A stretch of 64,000 nucleotides of DNA from Callorhinchus milii (Eukaryota), in the NCBI RefSeq assembly GCF_018977255.1, contig NW_024704774.1, positions 992,001-1,056,000 of the forward strand, read 5' to 3'. Positions 12,801-26,877 of this stretch are shown one piece after another. Each line of letters begins with the position of its first letter. The stretch's first letter is position 1. The position numbers were made by a program, and so were the translations under genes. Below the pieces are notes generated by a model. It worked only from the letters and a program-made list of their open reading frames with translations. It was not told the origin of the DNA and did not search any database.

Positions 12801-14069
12801 AACATTAGCCCATCTACAACATTAAATTTTTCCCTCACCAATTTTCTTCCTCTCCTGAGCAGCCTTGGTTTCTTTTGTAAGCTGGGGAATTGCAATTATT
12901 AAAGATAAATATAAACTATTTCTTAAACTAATGCAAAGGCAATCGGTACCACTCTTGAATCACAAAGCTTAAGGTTTAAATACAGCCATAATCCTTCTCC
13001 TTCTAAAATGCACAATTAATTTGCAAGATTCTAAATTCCACTGCATTGGAAGGCAAGCTACTAATTTCAAAGGAAACACACAAATGTGAGTATCGTTGTT
13101 TGTAACTCAGCTGACAGTACTAGATGTATAAAATATGCCTTAATGCTAAAAGCAATAAAAGCAAAAAGACCACACTGAAACCATTCTCCTGGACCAAATA
13201 AATTGGAATCAACTCACTGGATCTCACATTCACACAGTTCTGGGTTTTTTGCATATCGACATAACAGGTCAGCATTGTGATCTGCAAAATACAGTGCTGG
13301 GGAAAGCAGAGCTCTGGAATTGATGTGTACCGATTGCATTTATGCTGTGGCGATGCAAATCAATCTTTCCAACACTGCCTTTTAAAGCCTCTCCAAAATG
13401 TGAACCACCAAGATTTTATGTCCAAAAAGATTTGCACATTATTTTAGTATCGATTTGATGCCATTTTCATGACAAATCAATGCTTAAAGTACAGCATAAA
13501 TTCTGTTTGAGCGGGAAAATAAGATAACGGGCTTCTCGAACCTGTTGAATAATAAGAAAAGGGCAATAAGGTGTCTTATTTTCTCACTTTAAAAACAACT
13601 TTATTTACACTTTTACAAGGAACAATTAACCAGTTGCACAATTCTTCGAAATCATAACAGATGGAGCTTGCAAATATAAAACAAATCTGTCATACAATAT
13701 ATGGGCAGCATAACTAAATCGTAACAAGAGGCAAACAAAGATGAAGAGCAAAAAGTATCAATGATACAAAACTGCAAATAATCAATCAAAAGAAACACAA
13801 ATGTATAATCAATTTTATACACATTATGTGAGACAAATGGATATAATTTTATTTATATAAATAAGAACATTTTTCTTAAGCAGTGATTTGACCATCATGC
13901 ACAAATACATTCTTTTTTAAAAAGTATTAATGCTGCAGAATAGTCACTTTTCTACTTTAGTGTTAAACACCATCACATTTGGGTACTCTGAGGCATGATG
14001 CACAGTGAAACTTTCTCAACATTGCCTCCATCATAGGGTAGTGGAGTCCATGATACTGGATTAATTTAA

Positions 14070-14392
14070 GAAACTCCAATCACCCGCCTTCTGATCTCTG
14101 ATCACTTCACCAGCCGTTCCGTCTGCTTTGCAAATTCTGGCCGAATTCCATCCCACCCCTCCAAAAACAAATATTGAGGCAGACGAGCTTTCAGCCACTT
14201 TCCCCCACCTTCCTGGCGCTCTTTGAAATCTACTACCTTGCCACTCTGCTTTTAAAACCTTAACAACCTGTCTGTTTGATTCCACTTTAGGCCACTTCCC
14301 TCCCAGCTCAGGTTCCCCTCACTCTTTGTAAACCACTTTGAGATGTTCTTCCTATGTAAAAGGTGGTAGAGAAGTGCAAATTGTTGTTGTTG
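14070..14392 (+). mobile_element. Degenerate L2 3' end
   Basis: L2 3' motifs (GCTTTCAGCC..TTTAAAACC..CTGTTTGA..CACTTTGAGATGTT..AAAAGG) ending in (TTG)n. Confidence 0.6.
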
Positions 14393-14540
14393 GTTTTCTC
14401 CAAGAATGCGATGGAATGGGCCAAGGGGGTTTTCATCTGAATTGTGATGAGGACAATTTGTGAAGCTCTTTTGGTAAATTTAAGAAGGTGTCAGTCACCC
14501 CTGGGGAAGCTCCAATAGATTGAAAATGAGCAAGTGTTTC

Positions 14541-14832
14541 CCCAGCTACCATCGGTGGCCGGGCCTTCAGCCTCTCAGCTCTGGAACTCTATCCCCCAGT
14601 GCCTTCGCGCCTCCTCCCTTTCCTCCTTCAAGGCCGGTCTCAAGACCTTTCTCTTTGACCGTGCCTTCAGCTCCCCTCTCGACTCTCTACCCCCTCCTCG
14701 CTCCCTCCCTTCCCTCCCCTCACCCTGACCATTTCCCCCCTGCTCGGGTCCTGACCCAACTGTACAGCGCCTTGGGACGTCCTCCCGACGTGAAAGGCGC
14801 TCTATAAATGGAATCTTGTTGTGTTGTTGTTG
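14541..14832 (+). mobile_element. Young L2 3' end
   Basis: CTACCATCGGTGGCCGGGCCTTCAGCCTCTCAGCTCTGGAAC...GCGCCTTGGGACGTCCTCCCGACGTGAAAGGCGCT, then (TTG)n. CpGs are retained. Confidence 0.88.
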
Positions 14833-17800
14833 AATTGACCATTACAGGTCTAATCAAGTTGGGAAGTCATATAATATATTGTATGATATATAAACTTCCA
14901 AAAAAGCTACTAACTTGCTAAGCCGAAAGAGACCTTGATGTCTTGACTCTTTCTCACTTTGTTCAAATAGTGCAACATAGTAACAAAACAAAATGGGTAG
15001 GACACTGAGCTACATTGCTGAGTTAATGGAGTTCAAATCCCAGAAGTCAGATTAAACGAATCAGGCCATGCCTGCAGTACTGGTTGTAGTTCTCACCACA
15101 TCCAGCCTCTAACCACAGTGCAGAGGAGAGCGATAAAGCTCATTTCTAGTGTTGAGAGATAAGGAATGACTTGGTATTGACTTTCAAAAAAGACATTTCA
15201 ACAGGACAGGATATAAATTCTAACTGAGATAAAATAGAATAATAATTTCAGAAATACCAAGGCAGAGGCACATTCAAGGTTGAAAAAGTGCAATTTTCAG
15301 TCCAAACATCAAAAGGTAGCTCTTTATGAAGAAGGTATACAGCAAGTAGAAAGAGTTTATAGGAAGAAAGGTTAAGGACAAGACTTCAGTCAGTTCAGTA
15401 ATAGCTTCATGTTGGAATGGATTGATCCAATGGAAAAACAAGATCAAATTCACCAGATAGAAGACTTTTGTATCTCATTAGTCAAGCCTGAATTTAAACC
15501 AGTCTCACAGGTAAAAGGTAACAAATTAACTCACATACCACCCACTTACTGCAGGAATATACAGGAAAATCCTGATATAATGAGATCAACTGGGCCCAAG
15601 ATCTCTGTAGCCATGTTATAAATGGGTCCAGAAAAATAACCATTGAACTGCACACAGCATACAGGAAGTAATATCTATAACAATTCCTGTGTATAGCTCA
15701 TGTGTGCACAACGCACTTGAAGTGACCATAGCAACAACCTGATGACATGGAAGTCAGCCATTTTTCAGCTGATGAGTCAGCATCGGAAGTCAGGTGTACA
15801 GGACTCTCATCCTCCCAATTAAAAAAAATGAGTTTAATTTAATTTGAGTTAAGAGCAAACAAATAAACCCCATCAGGAAAGTGTGAAATAAAGTCGATGT
15901 GTTTGCCTACAAATAGTCAGTGCACCTTGCAACAATTCCCTGTCCAGTGCTTTTTCACATTATAGACTCTCTATTAAATGCATTCATTATAATCTAAAAC
16001 ATCAGATTGCTTTCCACAAAATGTTATTGGTTAAGGTCATCAAGATAGTATGTGTCTGCCTTGTATGTATGTACACGTGTATGTGAGGCTGTGAGAGCAA
16101 ACATTTGCTCACAGTTATTGTCAGACACATGCCAAATGTTATTAGCTGAGCTACTGTATAGTATTTGAAATACTGAACTGAGTCAAAAAGCTCTTGTCCT
16201 TGATGAGCACTCAAACATTTACGAATAGGCGACTATCGTACATGAATCTTTACGATCTACCAGAAGCATTAGGTTTGATCAACAATTGAATCTTGTATAC
16301 GCTTTTAAAATGCAGGTCTCTAAATATGGCTCGTTAATCACAAAATAAAGGTCAACAACTTTTGCACATAACTGTCCAGTTGCCGAAAGACATGCAAAAA
16401 CAAAGCCCCATTTCCTTTCATCATGGCCATATGGGCATTATCTTCCCTGAAGGTTCGTGCTTTCATGGGAAAACAGAAATTAACAGCAACTGTCTTTTCA
16501 AGTAACGTAAATCAGTGAGCAGCAGCGACCTCAATTTAGTGCCTTCTACACAGGCTTACAAATAGATTGGTTATCTGGGGAGGGTCTCGGATGTGATCAG
16601 AGAACCTCGGCTGGAACCTTTCCATCATCTGTTTCAGAATATCTCACTGAAAGGGGAAAAGCTATTTACACAACACAATGAAGTACATTCATGCTCTTTA
16701 AAACAAAAGCAGCAAATTCAGTGCAAGAATGACATAGCAATTGTTAATGCATTAGTTTTGAACTTCAATCGTTTACATTTTTGGACCAGTTTCTAGGTTT
16801 TATCATGTGGTAAGAAATAAAGCAAAGAAGACAGTTTCTTATACATTTTAGGCACGTTGGTTCAGAGAGCATTTTGTTTTTTCAGACCAGTTTGAGCGGA
16901 CAGAAATACGTTACACTGCCCCCCCCCACCTCCACTTGAAAGGCTCTTGAATCAAGAAAATGCAAATCCCATCCCTGCATACTTGTTGCCTGCTAGCAGC
17001 ATTTTCGATTGGCATGAGCAGGACATGATGGCCCAAATAACATGGAATGCTAAAAATGTTGTAGTATAGAAACAGACAGTCTTGTCCATTAAGTATACAC
17101 TGGCATTTTTCTCCACATGATACACCTAGCCTAATCCTACTCTCTTTACTCGCTCTCCATACCCTATAATATTACTCATATTCAACCATCTACCTAAATC
17201 TCCTAAAAATGTATGGACTCTTCTTTGTGATTAAGAATTCCACATTCCAACCACACTCTTTAATTTTTTCTTCGCTCCCCTTATAATTATGTGCAGTCAT
17301 TCACATTACTGACTTTGCTACAAGAGGAAATAACACATTATTTATCATAAATTTTGATAATCTTGAAGCCCTTCATCAAATCACCCCTTAACCTCCTTAG
17401 ATCTAGTGAAAAAATTCTATCTTCTCAAATTGATTTCCATAATTCAAAATGCCTCATCCCTAGTAGTTGACTAATTACATGTTTTTTCCCCTTTCTGAGG
17501 ATATTACTGTCTGGAACCACAAAAGAATGGAATAGAATTACAATGGTTTTAAATACCATTCTTCTATGGACTAATTTACAATGCACTAGTTACATATTAA
17601 AAAAGTAGAATGTGGGAATTCTTGAGACAGAGGAAAAAGCAATTCATGAATGCTTTCTAGTAGTGCTGAATGCAAAAACCTTGAAATAAATCTTCAGAAT
17701 GAAACAAACGTGCAGCAAAACTGGGTTAAAACTTCAATAAAATAAAAAGCCTTTGTCGTTATTAACTTAAGCAAAACTTGTCTTAAGCAACACATCTTGG

Positions 17801-19542
17801 TAGTGGCCAACTACTGTAAGATTATAATTATAACAACATTATTGGTCATCAGATTGGCATTGCTGACATTCATTCCTACTGCCTCACAATCATATGTGCA
17901 AGAAGTGATGTTGTCTTGATGACATAAAAGTTGGTAAGTGCGTGGTGCAGTGAGTTAATTTCTCCCCACTCTACTTATCATAGAGCTCTAAGATATTGGA
18001 CCCAGAGACCCAGGACATTATGGTGTGGTGGTCCTGCCCTATGCTTGATGTTGATCTCACACAGAATATGTTTAACTATCAGTACAGCTGTAATTAAAAA
18101 CATTTTGAGTTAACATTGCAACGAGTCACTGTTTACAACAAATTTGTATATTCGCTCAATTGGTAATATTGACAAGTTATATTTCAAGACAGACAAAATT
18201 ACTATTTGGTGGTTCTTGTAAAACTACACAAGAGAATACTAAAATTGCAACCCAACATTAATGCTTCATTCTAAATTACAGTTTACAGGTATTGATTGAA
18301 ACATTTATTTATAAATTAAATACATTTTCAATGGCACAGGTTTTTATGCAATCTGATCATAACTGCTGTTGCTACATACACTTGCAACATTAAAAAAGGG
18401 TTAAAAAGTACTTTTACATCCTTTAACATGAACAGGATTGAAGTGGAGTCTTTTTACAAATTGTTAATAATTTAAGCCACAAACCATGAATGTTAAAGGC
18501 AACGAACAATCAAGGAAACAGTTGCGGAAGTGTCAAATTGTTACGGGACTCTCTGTTACCAGAACACAATTAACATATGCAAATGCTCAATGAACCCAGA
18601 CCTTTGACAAAGTGAAGAACAAATATTTAAATGATTTTACGACAGGAACAACTCCAAATGTTTTATCAGCATGGGAGTTTTATCCGTTTTATCCCATCAA
18701 AGAGGACTGACAGTTTAGCTGGATACTCCGTGGGAAGCCAAATGTCCAGATCTTCAAAGAATGATAGTGTCACCCAGATCTGGTCCAGGATCAGTTAAAC
18801 ATACTTTCTAGAACAATTGGCATTCCCCAAATACTTGCATAACTAGAACAATGATAATCTTTCATCTTTCAAGAACTGAAGATTTTTTTCCGATAATAAA
18901 TATGTGGTGGAGGCATTTTTTTAGATTTACAAACATTTTGCATTAAAAACATTTGAAACAGAAAAGAGCAACAATTCATTTCAATGTTACAAATATACAT
19001 CAACCAAATACAATTAAGCATGAAATGGTATTTAGCAATTTATTCTATTGTACTTGTTAGGTACATTTATAGTAAACTCCATCACATGCAAAACGTGACA
19101 ACTGTTCACCTTTTCCAAAGCCAGGCTTTAAGTGGACACACAGTTGTTTTGAAACTAAATCCTACAAAAGTTTAGTCTTTTCAACATATAAAAATTTAAT
19201 CCGACTATTATAATGCTAGTTTGAAATAAGAGTTTTGAAAAAAGAAAATCTTTCTTCAATTTTCTCATGAACTATAGATTATAATATTAAGACAGATGCA
19301 TTCATACCACATCAGAGTGATTTTCAGATTTAGTTAACTTCTTCTAAAACATTCATTTTCTAAATAGTATAGAAAATGAAGGGGATTCATGTCAGTACCC
19401 TAGAACAATGTGTTGTGGATCTATTCTCATTAATTGAAGAGTTTCTCTTTGTGTCCTGGCCAACAATCCCCCAGATTTTAAAAAAATCATTCACTTCATG
19501 GTTATTGGTGGGACATTGTTGTGCTCAAATTAGCTGCTGTGT

Positions 19543-19885
19543 TAATAATAATCCTTGCATTTGAAAAAGCGCCTTATGTCTTTGAGATGTCTCAAAGCGC
19601 TTCACAGAATATACTGTAAAGTGAATTGATTGGATATTTTGTGGGCAAAACGCGGCAGTCAATTGCGCACAGCAGTGTCCCACAAACAATCATGGATTGA
19701 AGTGACCAATTTTTTTTAAAAAGGAATTATTACCCCCGGAAAAGCGATTCACCAATTGACTAACAACCAGGTTCCTACTTACTGCTAGGTAAACAAAGGC
19801 GTGTGGAGTAAAGAAACTTGCCCAACATTTCTTCCTGACGGGAATCAAGCCCAAGTCTCTTGCTTGCAAGGCGAGTGCTTTAACC
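19543..19885 (-). mobile_element. Full-length tRNA SINE, long form, inserted into an older plus-strand SINE (19485-19542 and 19886-20005)
   Basis: Head ends GGACTCC at 19883 and the long-form core is present. The left and right flanks are the consecutive halves of a decayed plus-strand copy. Confidence 0.82.
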
Positions 19886-21129
19886 ACTGAGCCATAGGAC
19901 TCCACATATAAACTCATAAACATACAATCACCACATTTTACAGAAAATCCAGTGAAGTGCTTTTGAAATACTTGGATTAAATGACAAGGTGTTATATAAA
20001 ATGCAAGGATTATTAAATATTAACTTAATTGCCACCCTGAAATGGGGGCAGGGAAAAAGGATACATATAAACTCTAGAGGCTCTGCAGATTTGCAAACTC
20101 TGTTGGATCCATTTATATGTTTTAAAGCTACCAATTCACATTGCTTGTTATAACAGTTCACCTTTCTGATCAAATAACATGTCACAGCAAAATATCACAC
20201 AATATACCAGTTCTGCCAGATCTACAAATTAAATTGTGATTTACAGTTCCCTGCAGTTTATCTTACAAAAGCGAGTAGCAGAAAGGCAACACAAAAGGGT
20301 CAGTATTCTTATCAGAATCGATAGGTTGATCATGAAAAGGTACAAATTCCTGCAGATCACTTATTTTAAAAATCTACTCTAAACCCATTTGAAAGGAAAA
20401 TATTATATAGCTACATTCCTATTAAAACTATTTTTGTCCTACATGCTAATTGCTTATATATAAAAAACTCTTAGGGTCATCAAAAATATATTAAGGCTCT
20501 CTTTGACTTGCAGGAAAACATAATATTAGATAATTTAAACCCTTTTCCACAACTTTACACAATTTTACAGAAGCCCAATACTAAATTAATAAACCTTTCC
20601 TCATGTTCTTGTACTTTGCACAGTTTAATGAGACAGGATCAAATCACACAGGTTTTCAATCACACAGGTTTTCCTCTTCTTTCTATTAATGATCAGCAGA
20701 TATGAAGCACACTTTAGAAATCAAAATGGTCACCTTTCACAGTGACTGGATTAGTTACAATTGTGAGGCAGTAGCAACGCATAGTGAGAAACTAAACGGT
20801 AATATCCTGGATAGGATTCATCTTCTGTTTAATGATAGACACATAGAATTAATGTCTCAAGTCTCATCAGCCAAACAACAAAAAGAAAAGTTTTTTTTGA
20901 AAAATCTAAAATAGAGTGTTGCTAAATCTAACAGAACTCCTCTCAAAATCCTTCGCAAAAATTGTTATTCATTTTTCTTTCCCTTTTATAAGTTCACAGA
21001 CTTATAGGACCAGAATTTACTCTCCCCAAAGAGCTTTTATAATCCCTTCCCAATATTTTTTCAAGTTACTTCAGTCTCTCTTTACATTTTGGACTTGAGA
21101 CCAAATGGATACAAATTAATATTTTCTCA

Positions 21130-22050
21130 CAATGGATTTTCTGAGGTACATAGCGGTGAATTGAACCTCAAAGCTATGGTGGATGGCGTCGAAGAGGACA
21201 GATTTGGTGCATCTGTTCCAGGCCTTTCTGATAGGATTGTGGTGCTTCTGTTAGTGGATGATATTGTACTGCTGGCAGACTCCCTTGGGGACCTTTTCTA
21301 CTCACCACCTTGAACACTCGGCCAACTGGTGGGACATGATGGTGGGTGCCCCTGAGTGTGGAATCATAATTCTGCACAGCTTAAGACAAGACATCGAAGA
21401 CATAAGTCCCAATTTTGATTCTTATTGGTACCTGCAGGTTGCGGTGGACCAACTTTTGCTTGGACAGTGGCCTGAAGGACTGCACAGGGAAGGGACGAAG
21501 GGTATTCTAGTCATGCTCATCTTTCTTCAAGGACAGCAAAATCCCAATAGATGTCAAGCTTGTGGCATATAAGACCTACGTTTAACCAGTTCCAGTTGAT
21601 AGTTCTGAGATCCTGGGGTTGCAGGACCTCAAGAATATCAAGGTGGCTGTCACATCACAAGATGTCCAGTAAAGGTGCTCCCACCACACTGAAGGCAAAT
21701 ATCCATCAGATAGCCGATGAGGAAACTCTAAGGCTTGGGGTGACAGCTGCTGGAAGGCGTTACCCAAATCCAGGTTCACGAACATGTGTTCGGATCTCCA
21801 GTATTTGGAATCTACCTTGAATGGTTTGCAAAGAGGTAATTAGTTGCTGCTCAAACTCCCAACTGTTTCACATTGAACCACTGTTTGATGGGAAAGCATG
21901 TCTGTCCAAGCTGTGGCAGCAAGATGGTAGGAATGCGCTCATTCATTTCATGCTGAGCTGGGTTTCCCACCTGGAAGCACACCAGGAGATTCTGGTAGCT
22001 GTTATGCATCTAGTGAGAGCTCAAACTTGTTCATCAGATGTCAAATGACT
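21130..22050 (+). mobile_element. Highly degenerate non-LTR retrotransposon RT fragment (clade uncertain)
   Basis: Broken frames give LLLVDDIVLLADSLGDL (motif C-like), W..MVGAPECGII and YWYLQV (YKYLGV-like). Different from the L2 copies. Confidence 0.5.
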
Positions 22051-25000
22051 AACTTTTTGACACTTAAACATTCAGCCAAATTATACTCCATTCGAGCTCT
22101 GCAATTTCACTTTCTTAGGTTTTCTTCCCATGTCTTGCTCTTAATTATTTCTCAATTTTATTGAATAGGTGGTACGTAAGCTTTTGCTGCTAGATACATT
22201 GATCCCTTATGAAGCTTGAATGTGGAATCAGAGTCTTTTTCAAAACAAAAGCAGTAAATGTTTCCCCAATTTACAAATGTTATAGAATTGATCACAGGGT
22301 AGTTGAAACTACTGACTCACTTACTAAAAATGGCATGAGCCCCTGAATCCCAATACCTTACAAGCAATTATTTAGTGCCAATTATTCTCTTCAGCACAAT
22401 CATTTTTTAAAGAAAAAAAATGCAAACAAATCCACAAGTTCATAAATAATGTGCTATATGCCAAAGCAGAAAATTTGGGGGCACCAAATAATATTCTGCT
22501 ATTTTGTGAAATTGTTTCTACTTCTACTAACCCTCAGTATCTCTGGGTTGAAATTACTGAACTTATTTAGCAGTGCAACAAATCCAAATAAATTTCTATT
22601 TACAATATGTATGTGAATATGCAAGTCCTCAAGTCTGTCATCAGAAATTCCCTTCCAACTATTTGGGAGAACTACAAATTAAATGTTCATGAATATTAAT
22701 TGTCCATCATATACTATAGATATTAAAATTCATTTCTGGCCTGGACATATTGTTGTAATATATTCTCTCTGAAGCACTACCTTTCTTATGATATCCTCAG
22801 TCACATCATCTAGTCAGCCTTACTTGTGTAGATATTCATCATGCCTGGTCATGACATAGCCCCAATTTCTAAACAATGCTGTTTAATTGGTGGCATTTCT
22901 TATCGGTATTCCTTACGACTTCAAATCAGGAAAGAGACGTCTCCTAGCAACCAAAGGTAAATCACCATGACCTAAGGGACACTGACCGATATAACATGAT
23001 CTACTTCCAGAGCAGAGTTCCTGCATGTCAATGGGAATTGTATCGGGAAAAAACCTGTTTAGCAATTCCAAAAATTGGACCCGAGTAACTGAACCTGAAT
23101 GATTAACAATTCTACAAGTGATGTCTTCAAGTTAAAGCTGGGGGGGGGGAGGAATCCAGTGCTGAAAGGAACTGATATACATATTTCAGATATATTCATC
23201 CAAGTAAGTTATTTTGTATCCTCCTGAATTACATAACTATTGAGGAGCCATTACTAAAATTTGCAAATTCCTTCCAAAAGTAGACATTTTCTATAGGATT
23301 TTAAGATATTATTTATCAATTTTGTTACAATTGTCTTTCATTACTAGTTTAAGAATGACACGTTTAAATAACAAGAATGACAGATATATTTGAAGTTTGA
23401 AGCTTTACTTTCTTGCTTAAAATGCACAAGGGTATGGATACAGTTCTAACATTTATTTAAAAGGTCATTGTTGGATCATTTAATAATGACCATCTCATTA
23501 TGTTTGGGTTTTTTTTTCCCCCAATAATTATGTGGCTGACATCCCTCAAGGAAGACTAATTTTATTAACTATGGGAAATATGTTCCAAGCAATCAGATCT
23601 TAAAATGGCCTGAATGCTTCAAAGACATTTTGAAAAGAATGATTTAAAAATGGCTTATTTTGCAGCAAAACAAACGATCTAGTATTAAAAGAGGTTTTTG
23701 TTTCCTTGAGCTTAATTTCTTTTATATTTTAATATAACTAAATGTAATCAATTTAATAGAATTGATTGCACATCTGAAGCATACTCGCTTACAATTTTAA
23801 TTCTGCACTATATATTGCATCCAATACAATAAAAATATACCTTATAGTTATCCCACTAAATTGCAATCAAGTTGCTGAAAAACTCAGGTATTTTTGTAGT
23901 CTTTTTCATTTCAACATGTATTGTACAGTACATTAGTACAAGCACACTTGTGAGGTCAACCTACTAATGTGGTTAAAATTCCTCAGTCTGTTTGTTGACC
24001 TTATTAGTGAGTTGCCACTTTAGTTTTAAAGCTTTCTTTAACAGGAAGCAATTGTTGCGGTTTTTAAAAAACTGCTGCCATCAATGACTTAAGAAATTCA
24101 CTAATTTACTTTGAAGACAATTTCACAGCAACTAAACCATGAATTTTCTAAGCAAGTTTTGCATTCAATTACTGCATTGAATATTAACCTAATTGAAGAA
24201 GGCGATTGCTTTTATATGAATTATTGAGAATCAATTTATGTTGGATTTTGGCATTCTAGAGGCATGCTAAAATGTTATAGGTATTAACAACACTGTGTGA
24301 TAAGGAAACACTGTCTAGCTATCTACATGTGAGAATAATCATTCAAATCAAATGAAAGCATGGTTTGGTAGGGTACATCATTCAATTCAACATTTAATTC
24401 TTCCACACCCTTCATGCATTTACAATGTATCTTACTGTGCTATTCACACAGATATTACTTTTCACGTGTGTCATTTTAAGACACTACATTTAAAATCTGA
24501 CTTCAGTATTTGGTGTAAGATCAATTAACTACTCTACAAGATAGCATGTTTTAGTACAGTACTTATTTCTACAAAATAATCTGAAATCCACTTATTTTAT
24601 GATGTTGTGGAGCATCATTCATTCATTCATCTTTTCTACAATAAAGTTGGTTTATGCCAGTATATTTTTATTTTATTAAACAACTGCATCATCTTTAGTG
24701 GCATATTGTTTCAAAATAGGACTGTTATTTTCATCACTTTAGAACACAGAATAAATGTTGGGAGAACATGCAGCATCGTATACCAACTCAATAAAAACCT
24801 GCTCTGATTATTTCAGTGCAATCACAAGGCTGATAAGGTGTGCATTGACCACCACTCTAAAAGCAGATTTAAGCATAACAAGGGCAGATTTCTCAATCCT
24901 TTTTGTGTGTCATTTGTTTCAGCACAAGTAAAATAACATTGTCGGCAAATGATGTCTATCTGATATTGAAAGCTGATCGCTATTTGATCAAGACATAGGT

Positions 25001-26692
25001 GGACAAGAACAGTCGCAGAAGGTACTCGGCAATGTAAACGTGTTTTATTTTGTCAAACAGAGGCGATCAAATAAAAATTAAATATACGTTCATGTAACTC
25101 AAAGAGTGGGGCAAACAAAAGGGTTTCAAGACACCGTATCTAAGCAAACGCGAATTAAAGGGGAATCGCATACGTTTCCCGATAAACGTATTTTTGTTGC
25201 AAAAAAAAAGAACAATTGTCAATGAAAAATCGGTTTGGAAAACACTCATTCAAAAGGCGATTTGTTATCTTATAAACCGAAAGCGTTGTATTCAGACGTG
25301 GGTCCAATCATTTCAGTAAACACAAAACACATGCTGTGTTGGAACCGGTCAGTGAAGAGTAAAAATACAACTGTTACACGATTCGATAGAGATTGCGGGG
25401 AGAGGGGAGGGGAGGGGAGGGCTGCAATACAGAGCTTCAACCTTAGATCGCCGATGGCAACCGAGTAAGAATTTCTGAATGCTTTAGTCGGGGAGGGGGA
25501 CTGTGCAACCTGGAAAACTTGTGGGTTTTTCTCCCCGTCTTGTCGCTGCATTCATCTATAAAGCAATCTTACGAGGTCGTTAACTGCCACTTAACGACTC
25601 GAAGGAGGTTCAGAAATGGGGTGAGCAGAGCAGGACCTGCGTTTGCAGACGTCAGGCAATAGGAAGGGACCGCACCGCTAAGGCAGAACAGAACCGCAGC
25701 GACAAATAGTCAAATAAACAGTTCACACTCCTCCCCCTAAAATCGGACATACGTTATAATCAGATTTTCGCTCAATTAGACGAGTTGGGTAAAAGTTCTT
25801 CAAGTGCATAAATGATGTGCTCCGTGGCATTGCCCCTGTAACCTTGCATCTCGCAGTAAACATTGTATCCAAAGGTGGTGCCAACCATCTCAGATACAAG
25901 TTTCCTTCAATAAACCGAGCGCCACTCACTCACTCCACCACTGACCATCGGGCTAATCGCAATCGGAAACATTTGCAGCGTTTTACCTCCAACCATTGTA
26001 GGAAAAGATCGCTGCCTGAACACCACAGTAGCGGGAAAGCATTGAGAAAAGCGAGTCTATTTTAGGATGTACTGTATGCATTGCTTCTACCCCCCCCCCC
26101 CCACCCCTCCCCCAAACACCACACCAACAATATTTCCCAATACAATACACGCAACATTCGGGTTCTGCAGCATTTCCGGGTTTCAACCCTGACCACCAGA
26201 CTGTTATTTTGATATTTACGTCGACAGAGAATCCCAATCGCCACTTTCATTTTTTACCCTCACGCGTTACGTATAGACCTGTAGGCAAACGATTGCATTT
26301 TGGTGCCAATAATAATAATAACAAAGAAGAATCTTATATAGAGAAATAAATGTCCAACCACCGCATGCAGCTCTGGATTAAAGCAAAGGCTCTTAAGTTT
26401 TGATAAACAAAAAGTGTTAGCATTTCTGTACATACAAAACGTGAATTTTACATGTACAGATATGTCCTGCTTTTTGTTCTTAAAAGTTGTTACACACACA
26501 CACACACACACACGTTAACGAAGTCCCATTCAGCATTAGGTAACATTTGCACCGATCGTCCTTGCAAATCGGTTTTAAATGAGCTGTGCTCAATTTTTCC
26601 CTTGAGGCAAGCCCCTCGCTCGCCTCCCCCTCGGAAAAAAAATAAGACCCTTTTTTTTTATGAATGGAAGCAACGGAATGGCGGAAACTTAC

Positions 26693-26877
26693 TTGGTGTA
26701 CGAAGACATCCACCGGCGTTTCCAGGGGACTGCCTTCTCGGGAGGTCATAGATATAAATCCGAATCCCATTCTAACGTTGAACCATTTGCAGTGGCCTGC
26801 TCCCTGTTGGATCTGAGACTCCTCTTCTCTCTCTGCCAATTTTCCTCTCTCGTCTCCACCACCTTTACTCGCCCCTC
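26693..26877 (-). CDS. LIN28B: LIN28B exon 2 (N-terminal part of the cold-shock domain)
   Basis: Translates (G)GASKGGGDERGKLAEREEESQIQQGAGHCKWFNVRMGFGFISMTSREGSPLETPVDVFVHQ. Acceptor ...TTGTCCAG, donor CAA/GTAAGT; 185 nt, phase 1 to phase 0, as in vertebrate LIN28B. Confidence 0.98.

Noticed and set aside
13590-13900. Minus-strand AATAAA with 3'-UTR-like AT-rich sequence
   Set aside because: No terminal coding exon upstream of it, and AATAAA is common in AT-rich introns; intronic polyadenylation cannot be supported.
1-26692. LIN28B exons 3 and 4 (SKLFMEGFRSLKEGE...; CCHC zinc knuckles)
   Set aside because: Searched by eye on the minus strand and not found. TGCCATTACTGC at ~12275-12286 (CHYC) is preceded by an in-frame stop and lacks the surrounding motif.
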